Source: an uncultured Spirochaetota bacterium
GTDB lineage: Bacteria > Spirochaetota > Brevinematia > Brevinematales > JAOACQ01
Direction of reading: 5' to 3'
DNA: 64,000 nt
NCBI GenBank assembly: GCA_963768055.1
Contig: CAVYGN010000002.1
Location: 128,001-192,000, forward strand
Every line of letters starts with the position of its first letter. The stretch's first letter is position 1. This document shows positions 39,255 to 49,323 of this stretch, piece after piece. Under the pieces are notes generated by a model that searched no databases, had not been told where the DNA came from, and was given only the letters and a program-made list of their open reading frames with translations. The translations under genes were made by a program, and so were the position numbers.

Positions 39255-41546
39255 ATGCATAATTCCAGGTTTACGATCGGTCTTTTTATCGACGCCCTTT
39301 CAGGACTGGGGTTCTTCCAAGCGTCTGTATGGCATGGCGCTGTCAAAGCTGCCAGGCTCAGAAATGCAAATCTGTTAGTGGTAGCGGGCGGATCGATACT
39401 TAGATCTCCGATCAATAAATACGAGAATACAAGGAATAAGATCTATGATCTGATAAACGAAAATTCGATCGACGGGATCGTATTCACCGGCAGTACTATC
39501 GGTTCTTATGCGACGAAAGAGGAGGTCATGCAGTTTTGCTCAAAATACAAGTCAATGCCGATGGTAAGCGTAGGAGGACCTTTAGAGGACATTCCCAGCG
39601 TTATGGTGGATAACCGGACCGGATTTAAAAATTTGATTTCTCATCTATATGAAGTACATGGCTTAAAAAGAATAGCCTTTATCCGCGGCCCCGAGGGAAG
39701 CGGCGATGCGGCTGAACGCATGAATGTTTATAATGAAACGATGGAAAATTTAGGAATTCAAGTCGATCCTGAATTGATTTATGTCGGTGATTTTGTGGAA
39801 CCTTCGGGAGGCGACGCAGTGAAGTTCTGGCTTGATGAAAAAAAGGTCGATTTCCAGGCCATTGTAGCTTCTAACGATAGTATGGCGATAGGGGCTATGA
39901 GAGAGCTGATGAAAAGGGGTATAAAAATACCAGGTTCAATAGTTGTCACAGGTTTCGACGATACGGAAGAAGCAGCTACTTTTACCCCGCCGCTTACAAC
40001 AGTCCGGCAGCCGGTTTTCGAACAGTCGAAAAGGGCCATGGACCTGCTCCTCGATTTCCTGGAAGGAAAGGCGTCTATGTCCTGGAACGAATATCTCCCG
40101 ACCGAGACCGTAATCCGCCAATCATGCGGATGCAGCTCTGAAATTTTGCATCATTTCAATACAATCAAATTCGTAAAGTCGAAAACCGATTATAAAGCAT
40201 CGCTTAGATCTGAAAGGATGATGATCCTGGCAAATCTAACCAGTATTTTCGGTAGCGGTGCCGATTCATCAAAAGCCAAACAGATGCAGAATATCCTCGA
40301 CGCTTTTTTATCCGAGATCCTTGAAAATAATGACGGTAAATTCTTTTCAACACTGGAATCGATTATGGATGAAGTCATCAATGAAGGGGAAGATGTGTCG
40401 ATCTGGCTGAACGTGATTACCTCCCTTAGAGATTCGGCACTACCACTGATCGGAAATGAAGATGATTACTCAAGGGCTGAATGCATGTTCCAGAAAGCCC
40501 ATCTCCATGTAAGCGAACTTGAGATCCGTGTCATTTTTATCAGAAAGATCAACTCTGAAAAACGGAGCCTTAATCTCAGCATACTGGCCCAGGCCTTAGC
40601 GACAACTTTCGAATGGAAGGAACTCGAAGAGATTATGCTGAAGGAACTCCCCAGGCAGAATATCCCTTCTTTTTATATTTCACTTTACGAGGACGGCGAT
40701 AAAGGGACCGATAATTGCAGGATTTTCGCAGCCCTTGACAATAATGAGAAAGTCACACCCAACGATAATGATGTCTTTTACCCAAGCAATAAGCTTATCC
40801 CCCAGAGCCTTCTTCCGGCACAAAGAAGGTACACAATGGTTGTCGCTCCCCTCTATTTCAGGGACGATAACATCGGTTTGATCCTTATGGAACCAGGCCC
40901 TATGGAAGGCATAGTATATGAAACAATCTCGGCGCAGATCTCCGGTTCGCTTAAAGGCAGGTCGCTTGTAACGAAAAGCAGGGAAGCGGAACTGTCGCTC
41001 GAAAAGCGCAATAGTGATATAAACGGTGTTATTATGCCGATGATCGACACTATAAAGCAGGTAGCGGGTATTTCGGCCGAAAAGATGAACTTCATCCGTG
41101 AAATGGCGGGAAAGACCCAGGACAGTTACCAGAAGATAAAAGAGACCAATGATATCATAGAAAAAGCGGCATTGAACATCAAAAATATTCTTCAGATTAT
41201 AAGCATTATTAATGAAATTTCCACTACGGTAAACCTGGTAGCCCTTAACGCTTCAATCGAGGCAACCCACGCGGGAGAGTACGGCACCGGCTTCTCGATA
41301 ATAGCCAGGGAAATAAAAAAATTATCCGATTCGACCAAAAAGAATTCGGAGGAGATCGGAAGGACCCTCAAGGAAGTTGTCAAGAATGTCCAGGATTCCG
41401 TTTCGATCGGAAAGGAAAGCCTTTTATCTTTCGAAGAACAAAAGAACGGCGTTGTAACCCTCACGCAATCGCTTGAGATCATTTCAAAAAACATGGACAT
41501 CCTTTCGGAAAGCAGCAAAAAAATACTTGACGTTATGGGCCTTTAA
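39255..41546 (+). CDS. Soluble chemoreceptor: LacI-type sugar-binding domain + MCP signalling tip
   Basis: VDNRTG, RIAFIRGP, VTGFDD, PPLTTVRQP; C-terminal NLVALNASIEATHAGEYGTGFSIIAREIKKLS; no TM. Confidence 0.85.
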   Translation: MHNSRFTIGLFIDALSGLGFFQASVWHGAVKAARLRNANLLVVAGGSILRSPINKYENTRNKIYDLINENSIDGIVFTGSTIGSYATKEEVMQFCSKYKSMPMVSVGGPLEDIPSVMVDNRTGFKNLISHLYEVHGLKRIAFIRGPEGSGDAAERMNVYNETMENLGIQVDPELIYVGDFVEPSGGDAVKFWLDEKKVDFQAIVASNDSMAIGAMRELMKRGIKIPGSIVVTGFDDTEEAATFTPPLTTVRQPVFEQSKRAMDLLLDFLEGKASMSWNEYLPTETVIRQSCGCSSEILHHFNTIKFVKSKTDYKASLRSERMMILANLTSIFGSGADSSKAKQMQNILDAFLSEILENNDGKFFSTLESIMDEVINEGEDVSIWLNVITSLRDSALPLIGNEDDYSRAECMFQKAHLHVSELEIRVIFIRKINSEKRSLNLSILAQALATTFEWKELEEIMLKELPRQNIPSFYISLYEDGDKGTDNCRIFAALDNNEKVTPNDNDVFYPSNKLIPQSLLPAQRRYTMVVAPLYFRDDNIGLILMEPGPMEGIVYETISAQISGSLKGRSLVTKSREAELSLEKRNSDINGVIMPMIDTIKQVAGISAEKMNFIREMAGKTQDSYQKIKETNDIIEKAALNIKNILQIISIINEISTTVNLVALNASIEATHAGEYGTGFSIIAREIKKLSDSTKKNSEEIGRTLKEVVKNVQDSVSIGKESLLSFEEQKNGVVTLTQSLEIISKNMDILSESSKKILDVMGL

Positions 41547-42004
41547 TATGTGAAACTTTCGAGGGGGCTTGAATTACTGATATTGAGCTGGTCGTCATAA
41601 GCCCACACGGCCCAATAATATGTCCCATGATAAGGCAAACCCGTGACATAATCCCCGGTTAAATTGCCATTATTTACAACCTTGAATGAGGAGTAATTCA
41701 CGGTCCCGGCGCTCCCCTTCATCCCGGTGGTCCACATCGCTATGCAATCGTTCGTGTTCTGGATCTTCTTCCCCTGCACATTGATGGAATTCGTAAAAAC
41801 AGCCGCCACTTCATAGCTTAGACCCGTCGCCGTCCAGGAAAAGTCGGGGAAATTTGTAGAGACAGTCCCGGTCGGGGCGGAAATATTTATCAGCCCCGTA
41901 CCTGTAAAAATAGGATTCTGGGGTGTTGAACCGGGGTTCGTTGGGCAGGAAGATACCGCGAGAACTGTGATAAAAGAAAAAAATATCAATATTTTATATT
42001 TCAT
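41543..42004 (-). CDS. Hypothetical lipoprotein (beta-rich)
   Basis: VSSC lipobox; P.FSW...YYWAVWAYD. Confidence 0.7.
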   Translation of the reverse strand: MKYKILIFFSFITVLAVSSCPTNPGSTPQNPIFTGTGLINISAPTGTVSTNFPDFSWTATGLSYEVAAVFTNSINVQGKKIQNTNDCIAMWTTGMKGSAGTVNYSSFKVVNNGNLTGDYVTGLPYHGTYYWAVWAYDDQLNISNSSPLESFTY

Positions 42005-42031
42005 AGGTTTTAACCTCTTATTCGTTGTTTT

Positions 42032-43291
42032 TTAAAATCCTATCCTTATTCCCAGACCTATCAGAACATTATTAAGGGATACCTGGTTCGTGTACAATGA
42101 ATAATCGCCGAAAGGGTTGAACCTCTTTTCGTTAAGCGAAACCGTTCCCAGGGCATGATAGATCCCCTCTATATAAAAGGAAAAATTGTTCGCAGGCAAA
42201 AAACAGAGGCCGATTATCCCTTTCCAGTAGAAAGCTGTATTATTCAGGTTGTAGATCGAGTTATCGATATAAGTAATTCCCAGCCCCGCTCCTACGTAAG
42301 GCGTAACAAAAGTAGAATCGGGGAAAAGATAATACTTTAAAAAACAATCGGCCCTGTAGAAATTGAGGTACATACTATCCTTATAAACCGGACCGGGTGC
42401 GTTAGTGTCCTGGTAGTTGTGCCAGACCATTATGGTTCCGAGTTCAAGGCCCAGACCGAAATTGCCAAGCCTGCGCTCATAAGAAAGGCTCCAGTCGAGC
42501 TGGTAGTTATTAGTATCCCCCATGAGATCCAACATATGGCCGGAAAGGGTGAAAAAATTGTTCAGAATCCTTTCGACCTTTTTGTCAAGGCCTACATTAA
42601 GGGATGTTTTTTCACCTTCCTTTATTTCGAAATTAATGGTCTTGATCTCGTAATTTTCAAACAATAATGTAGCGGCATACTTACCGGGACTCATCTCCTT
42701 GCCTGTAATGGGAGTGTTTCCAAGATTCTTATCTCCGATCTTAACTTCTGCCCCCCGGGGTGTGGAGTCAAGATCAAGTAAACCTGTTTTTTCCCCGGAA
42801 AGCCTTATTATGATCTCGTCCGCCAGGTCGTTAAGGCGGCTGAAGAGCTTATCACCCATATCTTCGGTAATCTTTTCCGCGAGAAGGACCTCGCCGGTAT
42901 CCACGAGCACAAGCCTCGCGTTTATTTCAACCTTATTGCCCGCCGATGAAATACTGCCGAGAATGAGATGATCGGCGCTGGTGAGAATGCCGATTTTCTT
43001 TTCTCCGTTTATATCTTCATCAGCCATCCCTGAAAGCACAAGTTTTTTTTCCTCCATGATCTCCAGGAGCCGCTGCCTTTCAACGATATTGAACCTGCCG
43101 CTTTTCTGAAGGCTTGTCGTCAGCGATTCCGCCACAGTCTTCTCAAGGAAATCATAACCCTTGTTCCCGGAAATATTTTTAAAATCGGGAATCGCAATCG
43201 TCATTTTATTCGTATTAGTAACCGCGAAAGAAAAAACCGCGCAAAGAATAATCAATGCGGCCGGATAGAATAAAAAATTCCATTTCATCAT
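42032..43291 (-). CDS. CsgG/FlgO-like + PEGA + beta-barrel exported protein
   Basis: IAIPDF.N, F.IVER..L, INARLV.V.TGEV; S.P.GAEV.I....G.TP; C-terminal GLGIRIGF. Confidence 0.75.
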   Translation of the reverse strand: MMKWNFLFYPAALIILCAVFSFAVTNTNKMTIAIPDFKNISGNKGYDFLEKTVAESLTTSLQKSGRFNIVERQRLLEIMEEKKLVLSGMADEDINGEKKIGILTSADHLILGSISSAGNKVEINARLVLVDTGEVLLAEKITEDMGDKLFSRLNDLADEIIIRLSGEKTGLLDLDSTPRGAEVKIGDKNLGNTPITGKEMSPGKYAATLLFENYEIKTINFEIKEGEKTSLNVGLDKKVERILNNFFTLSGHMLDLMGDTNNYQLDWSLSYERRLGNFGLGLELGTIMVWHNYQDTNAPGPVYKDSMYLNFYRADCFLKYYLFPDSTFVTPYVGAGLGITYIDNSIYNLNNTAFYWKGIIGLCFLPANNFSFYIEGIYHALGTVSLNEKRFNPFGDYSLYTNQVSLNNVLIGLGIRIGF

Positions 43292-43464
43292 TGGAGTCTC
43301 CTTCTATTAATTGTAACATTATAAAGTCAATAATTCAATATGTACCGGAATTCTATATAAAATTTTTGAAAGGCTTCACCATGTAAGGGTTTAATTCGCC
43401 GCTGCATACTGACGGGGATAAACCCTTACGGGGACAAGTGGCCTGTCCTGGGGCCAGGCACCAG

Positions 43465-43536
43465 GGCACCATTGGGCGGATTATAAATAATTAGAATGCT
43501 AATTGTTAATAACATTGGTAGTTATTGAAACCGCCC
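43465..43536. repeat. Family-A partial copy
   Basis: CCATTGGGCGGATTATAAA.AATTAGAATGCTAATTGTTA...GTTATTGAAACCGCCC matches the right part of the 56804 copy. Confidence 0.8.
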
Positions 43537-43697
43537 TTAAAAAATAAAATACAGCATCTTGATTAATTCTATGATACTGATTATAATTTCTTCTTAAAAT
43601 CATATGTTTTTTCAAAGAAAGTATATGTAAAGAATTTGCTGGAAACAAGGAGGTGGCAGCTATATCTAATTTGAAAAAGATATAGAAGAAATTTGCT

Positions 43698-44330
43698 ATG
43701 AACGAGGTTTGGCTATTTAAAACCCACGAGGATTTGCTTGGGGAGGGTGAATCCTTTTATAATCTCTACGGAGATTATACCTACCTGCTGGAAGGGTATT
43801 ATGAAACCCTTCAAAGCCAGTTAAGCGGAGTCAATATCCATCCCACCGCTGAAGAATGCCTTGACGCTTATATAACCGCGCTTGCTATGGAAAAAGCGCA
43901 AATAAACAAGTTGCCGGTGCCGGAGTATAAAGTAGTCACTGATAAAACAAAGGTTGATATCTTTCCTGTATTGGGCTATGCAATGAACCCATTTTCAAAT
44001 AATTCCTATATAATTGATAATGCCAAATTTTACGACCATAAGATAAAATCGCTTACCCTTTCCGGAAAATATTTTGCGCTGCTGCAGAAAATCCCGCCTG
44101 AAGATTACAGGCTCGACACGATCCGCTGTATCCTGGGCAAGACTACGGTAAAGGAATATTCGGATTTCGCAATGGCGGCGTTTAAAATTTTCAAGGTTCC
44201 CAGCATGAAAATAAAAGTGATAGTCACATTGGACAATTACCTGATGAGCGCTATCGAGCCGATGGACTACGATACCCTGACAATCAATGAAAAGAAAATG
44301 CTGGAGGGGATGGGACAATGGCAAAAATAG
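43698..44330 (+). CDS. RimK-like ATP-grasp N-terminal (RLAN) domain protein
   Basis: NL.GDY.YL.EGYY...HPT resembles the RLAN signature; overlaps ATP-grasp gene. Confidence 0.65.
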   Translation: MNEVWLFKTHEDLLGEGESFYNLYGDYTYLLEGYYETLQSQLSGVNIHPTAEECLDAYITALAMEKAQINKLPVPEYKVVTDKTKVDIFPVLGYAMNPFSNNSYIIDNAKFYDHKIKSLTLSGKYFALLQKIPPEDYRLDTIRCILGKTTVKEYSDFAMAAFKIFKVPSMKIKVIVTLDNYLMSAIEPMDYDTLTINEKKMLEGMGQWQK

Positions 44331-45211
44331 CGATTTTTACCGAGAGAAGCACCCTCAGGATGGCCGCTGAACTCAACTCCCTGTTTAATTTCAGGGAAGT
44401 GGCGCTCGAACAGGGGCATGATCTTGATTTTATATTCAAGGACGATATCAAGTATATTAAAAATTATGACGCCATATTCATTAGGGCACTGACTGACCCT
44501 CTCAACAACAGCTACGTTGTATCAAGGATCGCTGAATTGAACAATATCAGGATCCTCGATAAATCTTCGGATATACGGATCTGTTCCGACAAAGTAAACA
44601 TGTATCTGCATCTTCAAAAAGAAAATGTTCCTCATCCTACCACGGTGTTCCTTAAAAACGATGAGGTTACAATAGAGAACGCGCGTGATTTCTTCGAATC
44701 GATGGGTATTCCGCTTGTTCTAAAAGCCCCCAATTCAAGTTTTTCAGCATATGTGGAAAAGGTTTCATCGCCTGACGAATTCGTGAAGATCGGCAAGAAA
44801 TTTTTACGCCGTTCCGATATTATTATAGTCCAGCAGTACCTCCCCAGCCGTTTCGACTGGAGGGTAGTCCTTCTTGACGGTAAAGTCATCTCGATAGTAA
44901 AGTATATTATGAACGCTAATGCGTGGAAAATCGTCGATCATGATCACGATGGAAAACTTCTCCAATGCACTGTCGAAGGGATGGAAATCGGCCAGGTAAA
45001 TCCCAGGCTTATCGATACAGCCCTAAGGGCCGGCAACTCGATCGGTAAAGGTCTTTACGGCGTTGACCTTAAAGAAGTCGATAACGAATTTTATGTTATC
45101 GAGGTCAATGACAATCCCAATATAGATCAGGGCCTTGAGGACCAGAAATCGCCAATGATTTACGAATGGATTGTCAAATACCTTGTAGGAGAGCCGTTTG
45201 AAGGGTTATGA
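44318..45211 (+). CDS. RimK-family ATP-grasp ligase
   Basis: AIFIR, C.DKV, PLVLKAP.SSFS..VEK, QQYLP..FDWRV, LYGVDLK, IEVNDNPNID. Confidence 0.9.
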   Translation: MAKIAIFTERSTLRMAAELNSLFNFREVALEQGHDLDFIFKDDIKYIKNYDAIFIRALTDPLNNSYVVSRIAELNNIRILDKSSDIRICSDKVNMYLHLQKENVPHPTTVFLKNDEVTIENARDFFESMGIPLVLKAPNSSFSAYVEKVSSPDEFVKIGKKFLRRSDIIIVQQYLPSRFDWRVVLLDGKVISIVKYIMNANAWKIVDHDHDGKLLQCTVEGMEIGQVNPRLIDTALRAGNSIGKGLYGVDLKEVDNEFYVIEVNDNPNIDQGLEDQKSPMIYEWIVKYLVGEPFEGL

Positions 45212-45710
45212 GCCCCCGGCACAGGGGTACAATACCCCTACGCAGGGCAAGACTCTTTCTTTCAGGTCAGCCCGTTTAGATGATTTTAAGCTGGTCTCCG
45301 ATCTGGAAAAAAAGTGTTTCAACGCTTTCGATATTTTCAAACCCCACCAGGTTCGACGTTTTATAACAAACCCGGCAGGATCCATTATCACAGATGTTAT
45401 TACCCTCGATGGTAAGCCTATCGGATGGGCCTCGTATTTTACAAGGTCAAATTCAAAACTGATCAGGCTATATTCAATCTGCATCGTCCCGGAATTCGGA
45501 GGCCATGGCTACGCGCGGGAATATATGAAAATCCGTTTTACCGGCCTGGATAAGTATAAAGCTATGACCCTCGAGGTCAGGGTTTCCAATTCCAAGGCTA
45601 TCCGCCTATATGAAGGGCTGGGTTTCAAAGTATTAAAAAGGCTGCTCGGATATTACCCTGACGACGAGGACGGCATCAGGATGATTAAATACCTGGTAAC
45701 TATGACGTGA
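45198..45710 (+). CDS. GNAT acetyltransferase (RimI-like)
   Basis: RLYSI...P...G.GYA, LEVRVSN..AI.LY..LGF, YY.D.EDG.RM. Confidence 0.85.
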   Translation: MKGYEPPAQGYNTPTQGKTLSFRSARLDDFKLVSDLEKKCFNAFDIFKPHQVRRFITNPAGSIITDVITLDGKPIGWASYFTRSNSKLIRLYSICIVPEFGGHGYAREYMKIRFTGLDKYKAMTLEVRVSNSKAIRLYEGLGFKVLKRLLGYYPDDEDGIRMIKYLVTMT

Positions 45711-47545
45711 TCAGCGAAAACAAGGGATTCTATCTGCCGGCGGAGGTAAACCGGATTCCCGAGAACCCTGGCGTATATCTGATGAAAGACTCTAAAGGCG
45801 TTGTAATTTATGTCGGTAAAGCAAAAAATCTAAAAAAAAGGGTTTCATCATACTTTCAGAAAAAAAACGATTCCGAATACGGCGTTAAAACCAGGTTCCT
45901 TGTCGAAAACATATCCATCATAGACACTATAGCAGTTGACAACGAATCCGAGGCGCTGATCCTGGAAGCAAATTTAATTAAACAATATATGCCCAGGTAT
46001 AACGTGTCTTTCAAGGACAACAAGTTCTATCCTTTTATTTCCCTGACTATGAAAGACGATTTTCCAAGAATATTGTTTACCAGAGAGAGAAGAAAGGATG
46101 CTTCTCTTTATTTCGGACCTTACACTAACGCCAGGTCCGTCAGGGAATACATCGACCTTATACAGCGCCTTTTCAAAATCAGGACATGCGTTATAATGCC
46201 TAAGAAGGAGTGCATACTCTACCATATAAACCGGTGTACAGCCCCCTGCATCCATAAAATATCAATGGAAGAATACCGGATACATGTAAAAGAATCTATC
46301 GAGCTTCTTTCCGGAAACTCCCATACCCTGATAAAAAAACTCGAGAAGGAGATGAAGGAATCGGCACGTCTTCTTCAGTTCGAGAAAGCCCAATCTTTTA
46401 AAGAAAAAATCGATGCAATAAAAATTTTCGAGGAAAGTCAGAGTGTTTTTCTTGAATCGGGTATTAACGCCGATTTCATGGCAATGACTTCACATATGGG
46501 TAAGGCTGTTTTTGTAGTGGTTATTATTAGAAATGGAAAAATGATCGGCAAGAGAAGTTACAGCGCAACTCTGCAGTTAGAAGAGGAATTACCGGATCTT
46601 ATGTTTAATTTTTTAACAGAATATGACAAGGATTCAGACGGAAGGCAGGATTTTTATGTGATCGATGAAAAATACGGCGGTATGATTGAAACTGCAAACA
46701 GCTATTTCTCCGATAAGAACAAAAGTGAAAGGATTTATCCTGTAAGGGTTTATACTCCGGAAGATGACAGGCAAAAGGCGCTTCTTAAAATGGCCCTCGA
46801 GAACGCCGCTCTTCATATGAACCAGATACTCAGCAAGGTGGATTCGTCGGAAGGCCTGAGGCTGATCCAGGAAATTCTTGAACTTGACACCCTCCCGATG
46901 AGGATCGAGGGGTTCGATATAGCCGACATTCTAGGACTTCATGCTGTTGCTTCCCTGGTGTCGTTTTATGCCGGGAAACCCGACAAACAGAATTACAGGA
47001 TCTTTAAGATAAAAACCAAATCGACTCCGGACGATTACGCTATGATAAACGAAGCGGTTACACGAAGATATAAGAGGCTTAAAGAGGAGGACAGGGACCT
47101 TCCGGATCTCGTTCTCATTGACGGAGGTAAAGGACAGCTGAATGCCGCCCTGGAAGCCCTCGCAGGCCTGAACCTGAACCTGAATGTCGCATCGCTGGCG
47201 AAGAAAAATGAAGAAATATACACCCCATACCGGGAAAAACCTATCGTTTTAAACCGCAATTCACCCGCGCTTCATATTCTCCAGCAGGTCAGGGATGAAA
47301 CCCACAGGTTCGCCAATACATATTATAACAGGCTGAAAAACAAAAAAGATCTTGAATCCGTTTTCGACGGAATTAAAGGAATAGGTAAAAAAAGAAAACA
47401 AATTATACTGGAAAATTTTTTAAGCTATGATATAATGAAGGAACTAAGTCTGAACGAACTGATAAAAAAGGGATTGCCTCCGTCAGTAGCCCGGGATGTT
47501 TTAAAAAAAATAAGGGACATCGTTAATAACGGAGAAACAGCATGA
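45707..47545 (+). CDS. uvrC: Excinuclease ABC subunit C
   Basis: PGVY..., IYVGKAKNL, RIEGFDI, PDLVLIDGGKGQL, RDETHRFA. Confidence 0.97.
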   Translation: MISENKGFYLPAEVNRIPENPGVYLMKDSKGVVIYVGKAKNLKKRVSSYFQKKNDSEYGVKTRFLVENISIIDTIAVDNESEALILEANLIKQYMPRYNVSFKDNKFYPFISLTMKDDFPRILFTRERRKDASLYFGPYTNARSVREYIDLIQRLFKIRTCVIMPKKECILYHINRCTAPCIHKISMEEYRIHVKESIELLSGNSHTLIKKLEKEMKESARLLQFEKAQSFKEKIDAIKIFEESQSVFLESGINADFMAMTSHMGKAVFVVVIIRNGKMIGKRSYSATLQLEEELPDLMFNFLTEYDKDSDGRQDFYVIDEKYGGMIETANSYFSDKNKSERIYPVRVYTPEDDRQKALLKMALENAALHMNQILSKVDSSEGLRLIQEILELDTLPMRIEGFDIADILGLHAVASLVSFYAGKPDKQNYRIFKIKTKSTPDDYAMINEAVTRRYKRLKEEDRDLPDLVLIDGGKGQLNAALEALAGLNLNLNVASLAKKNEEIYTPYREKPIVLNRNSPALHILQQVRDETHRFANTYYNRLKNKKDLESVFDGIKGIGKKRKQIILENFLSYDIMKELSLNELIKKGLPPSVARDVLKKIRDIVNNGETA

Positions 47546-48282
47546 ATGCCTGCATATTCACTCAATCATACTGGGTCCGTAATACTTATGTCAACTCCCT
47601 GATCCCCAGAGGCATATCGATTTTTCATGTCGAACATGGCGAGGAATTGATAGATAAAATACTTGCAACGAAATCTGAAATAGCAATCCTTGACGTCATT
47701 CAGGAAGACTATGACTCTGCTTTTTCAATAATTACGCGAATCAAGTCTCATGAGTCAGATATAGTTAAAAGCACCTCCATCATTCTTATCATCGGGGCCG
47801 TCGATAAGATCCATGTTACAAACGCTATCCAATTAGGTGTAAAAGGCTTCCTGAAAAGCAACGCCGCCGAAGAATTTATTGGAAACTATGTAATTGACAT
47901 ATGCCAAAAAGAAAAAGGAGCTCCCGCGGAAAGGAAATTCGTGCGGGTTTCCTTCGATACCTCCAACTCTAACGAAAGGATAGGAATAAAATTCCGCTCA
48001 CCCGTCAACTCACAATTGATAATGGGCCTGATAAAAGATATCAGTTACGGAGGGATCGCTGTCGACCTTGTAGGCACTTTTCCACCCGAATCCCTGGCGG
48101 CCGGCATGTCCGTACAAAATATGCAGTTTATCCTGGACGGCAAAGACATATTCGTTGACGGAGTGGTCGCAGCCTATCAAAAAATGTTCTGCGCATTCCG
48201 CTTTATCAATATGTCGGAGACTGTAAGCGAGATAATAAGCCATTATGTTTTCCAGAGAATCTCCACATTGAGCGGCGTTTAA
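47542..48282 (+). CDS. Receiver-like + PilZ domain protein
   Basis: AILD receiver-like core; PilZ RKFVR and DISYGG motifs. Confidence 0.75.
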   Translation: MNACIFTQSYWVRNTYVNSLIPRGISIFHVEHGEELIDKILATKSEIAILDVIQEDYDSAFSIITRIKSHESDIVKSTSIILIIGAVDKIHVTNAIQLGVKGFLKSNAAEEFIGNYVIDICQKEKGAPAERKFVRVSFDTSNSNERIGIKFRSPVNSQLIMGLIKDISYGGIAVDLVGTFPPESLAAGMSVQNMQFILDGKDIFVDGVVAAYQKMFCAFRFINMSETVSEIISHYVFQRISTLSGV

Positions 48283-49157
48283 TGGCAAGAAAAACAATCC
48301 CCTTCCCTTTCAGGATAGACACTCTCCCTGAGGCTTTAATCAGGAACACCGTTATAGCGGCCCTTGAGGAAGACCTCGGAAAGCCTGGCGATATAACAAG
48401 CATGTCCACTCTTTCCGATATAAAAGGAAACTCTAACTCCATGGTTATCTCTAAAGATGACGGCGTTATCTGCGGAATCGATATCTTCAAGTCCGTTTTC
48501 ATGGAAGTTGATCCGTCGCTCGTTATCAAAGAGAAGAAAAAAGACGGGGACAAAGTAAAAAATGGCGAAACCGTAATTGAAATATCCGGAAAATCCGCAT
48601 CAATTACCTCGGGGGAGCGGACAGCCCTCAATTTTCTGGGGCTTCTATCGGGAATTTCCACGAACGTTCACAGTCTTGTCAGCCTTATAAAGGGCTGCAC
48701 GTCAAAATTGATTGATACCAGGAAAACCCTCCCGAATTTAAGGCTGTTTCAAAAATACGCTGTTGCTAAAGGCGGCGGTTTTAACCACAGGATGGGTCTT
48801 TTCGACATGATCCTTATAAAGGATAACCATATAGCCGCCGCCGGTGGGGTTCAAAAAGCGGTCCGGAAAGCCAGGAAAGCATTCCCGGGAATAATAATTG
48901 AAGTGGAAGTTCGTAATATCGATGAAGCCGGGGAAGCTCTCGGGACCGACGCCGACATAATAATGCTCGATAATATGGACAGCGGAAACGTTAAAATCGC
49001 ACTCGACCTCCTGAAAAGCGAAAAGTATGTCGAAGCATCCGGGAACATCGATGAATCGAAGCTCGTTGAATTGGCGCAGCTCGGCGTCGATTTTATTTCC
49101 ATGGGATCTCTAACGCACACGATCCGCCCGCTTGACTTGAGCCTGTTGATAAAATAA
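48282..49157 (+). CDS. nadC: Quinolinate phosphoribosyltransferase
   Basis: GDIT, ERTALN, DTRKTLP, NHRMGL.D, KDNH, IMLDNM. Confidence 0.96.
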   Translation: MARKTIPFPFRIDTLPEALIRNTVIAALEEDLGKPGDITSMSTLSDIKGNSNSMVISKDDGVICGIDIFKSVFMEVDPSLVIKEKKKDGDKVKNGETVIEISGKSASITSGERTALNFLGLLSGISTNVHSLVSLIKGCTSKLIDTRKTLPNLRLFQKYAVAKGGGFNHRMGLFDMILIKDNHIAAAGGVQKAVRKARKAFPGIIIEVEVRNIDEAGEALGTDADIIMLDNMDSGNVKIALDLLKSEKYVEASGNIDESKLVELAQLGVDFISMGSLTHTIRPLDLSLLIK

Positions 49158-49165
49158 CCTTGACA

Positions 49166-49218
49166 GATTGGAATCACAGATTAAGTCCTGGAAGGGTCCA
49201 CTGATGGCGCAGATTTAA
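49166..49218 (+). repeat. Family-D repeat, degenerate left arm
   Basis: GATTGGAATCACAGATT...CCACTGAT...CAGATTTAA. Confidence 0.55.
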
Positions 49219-49323
49219 CTGCCGGGGCCGAAAACAGGTTGCAAAAGATACTTATCAGTTGGAATAATTTTCCAGGAAAAGATCAATAACAGAGAATAAT
49301 CAAAGGAAGGAGGTTCAGTTATT

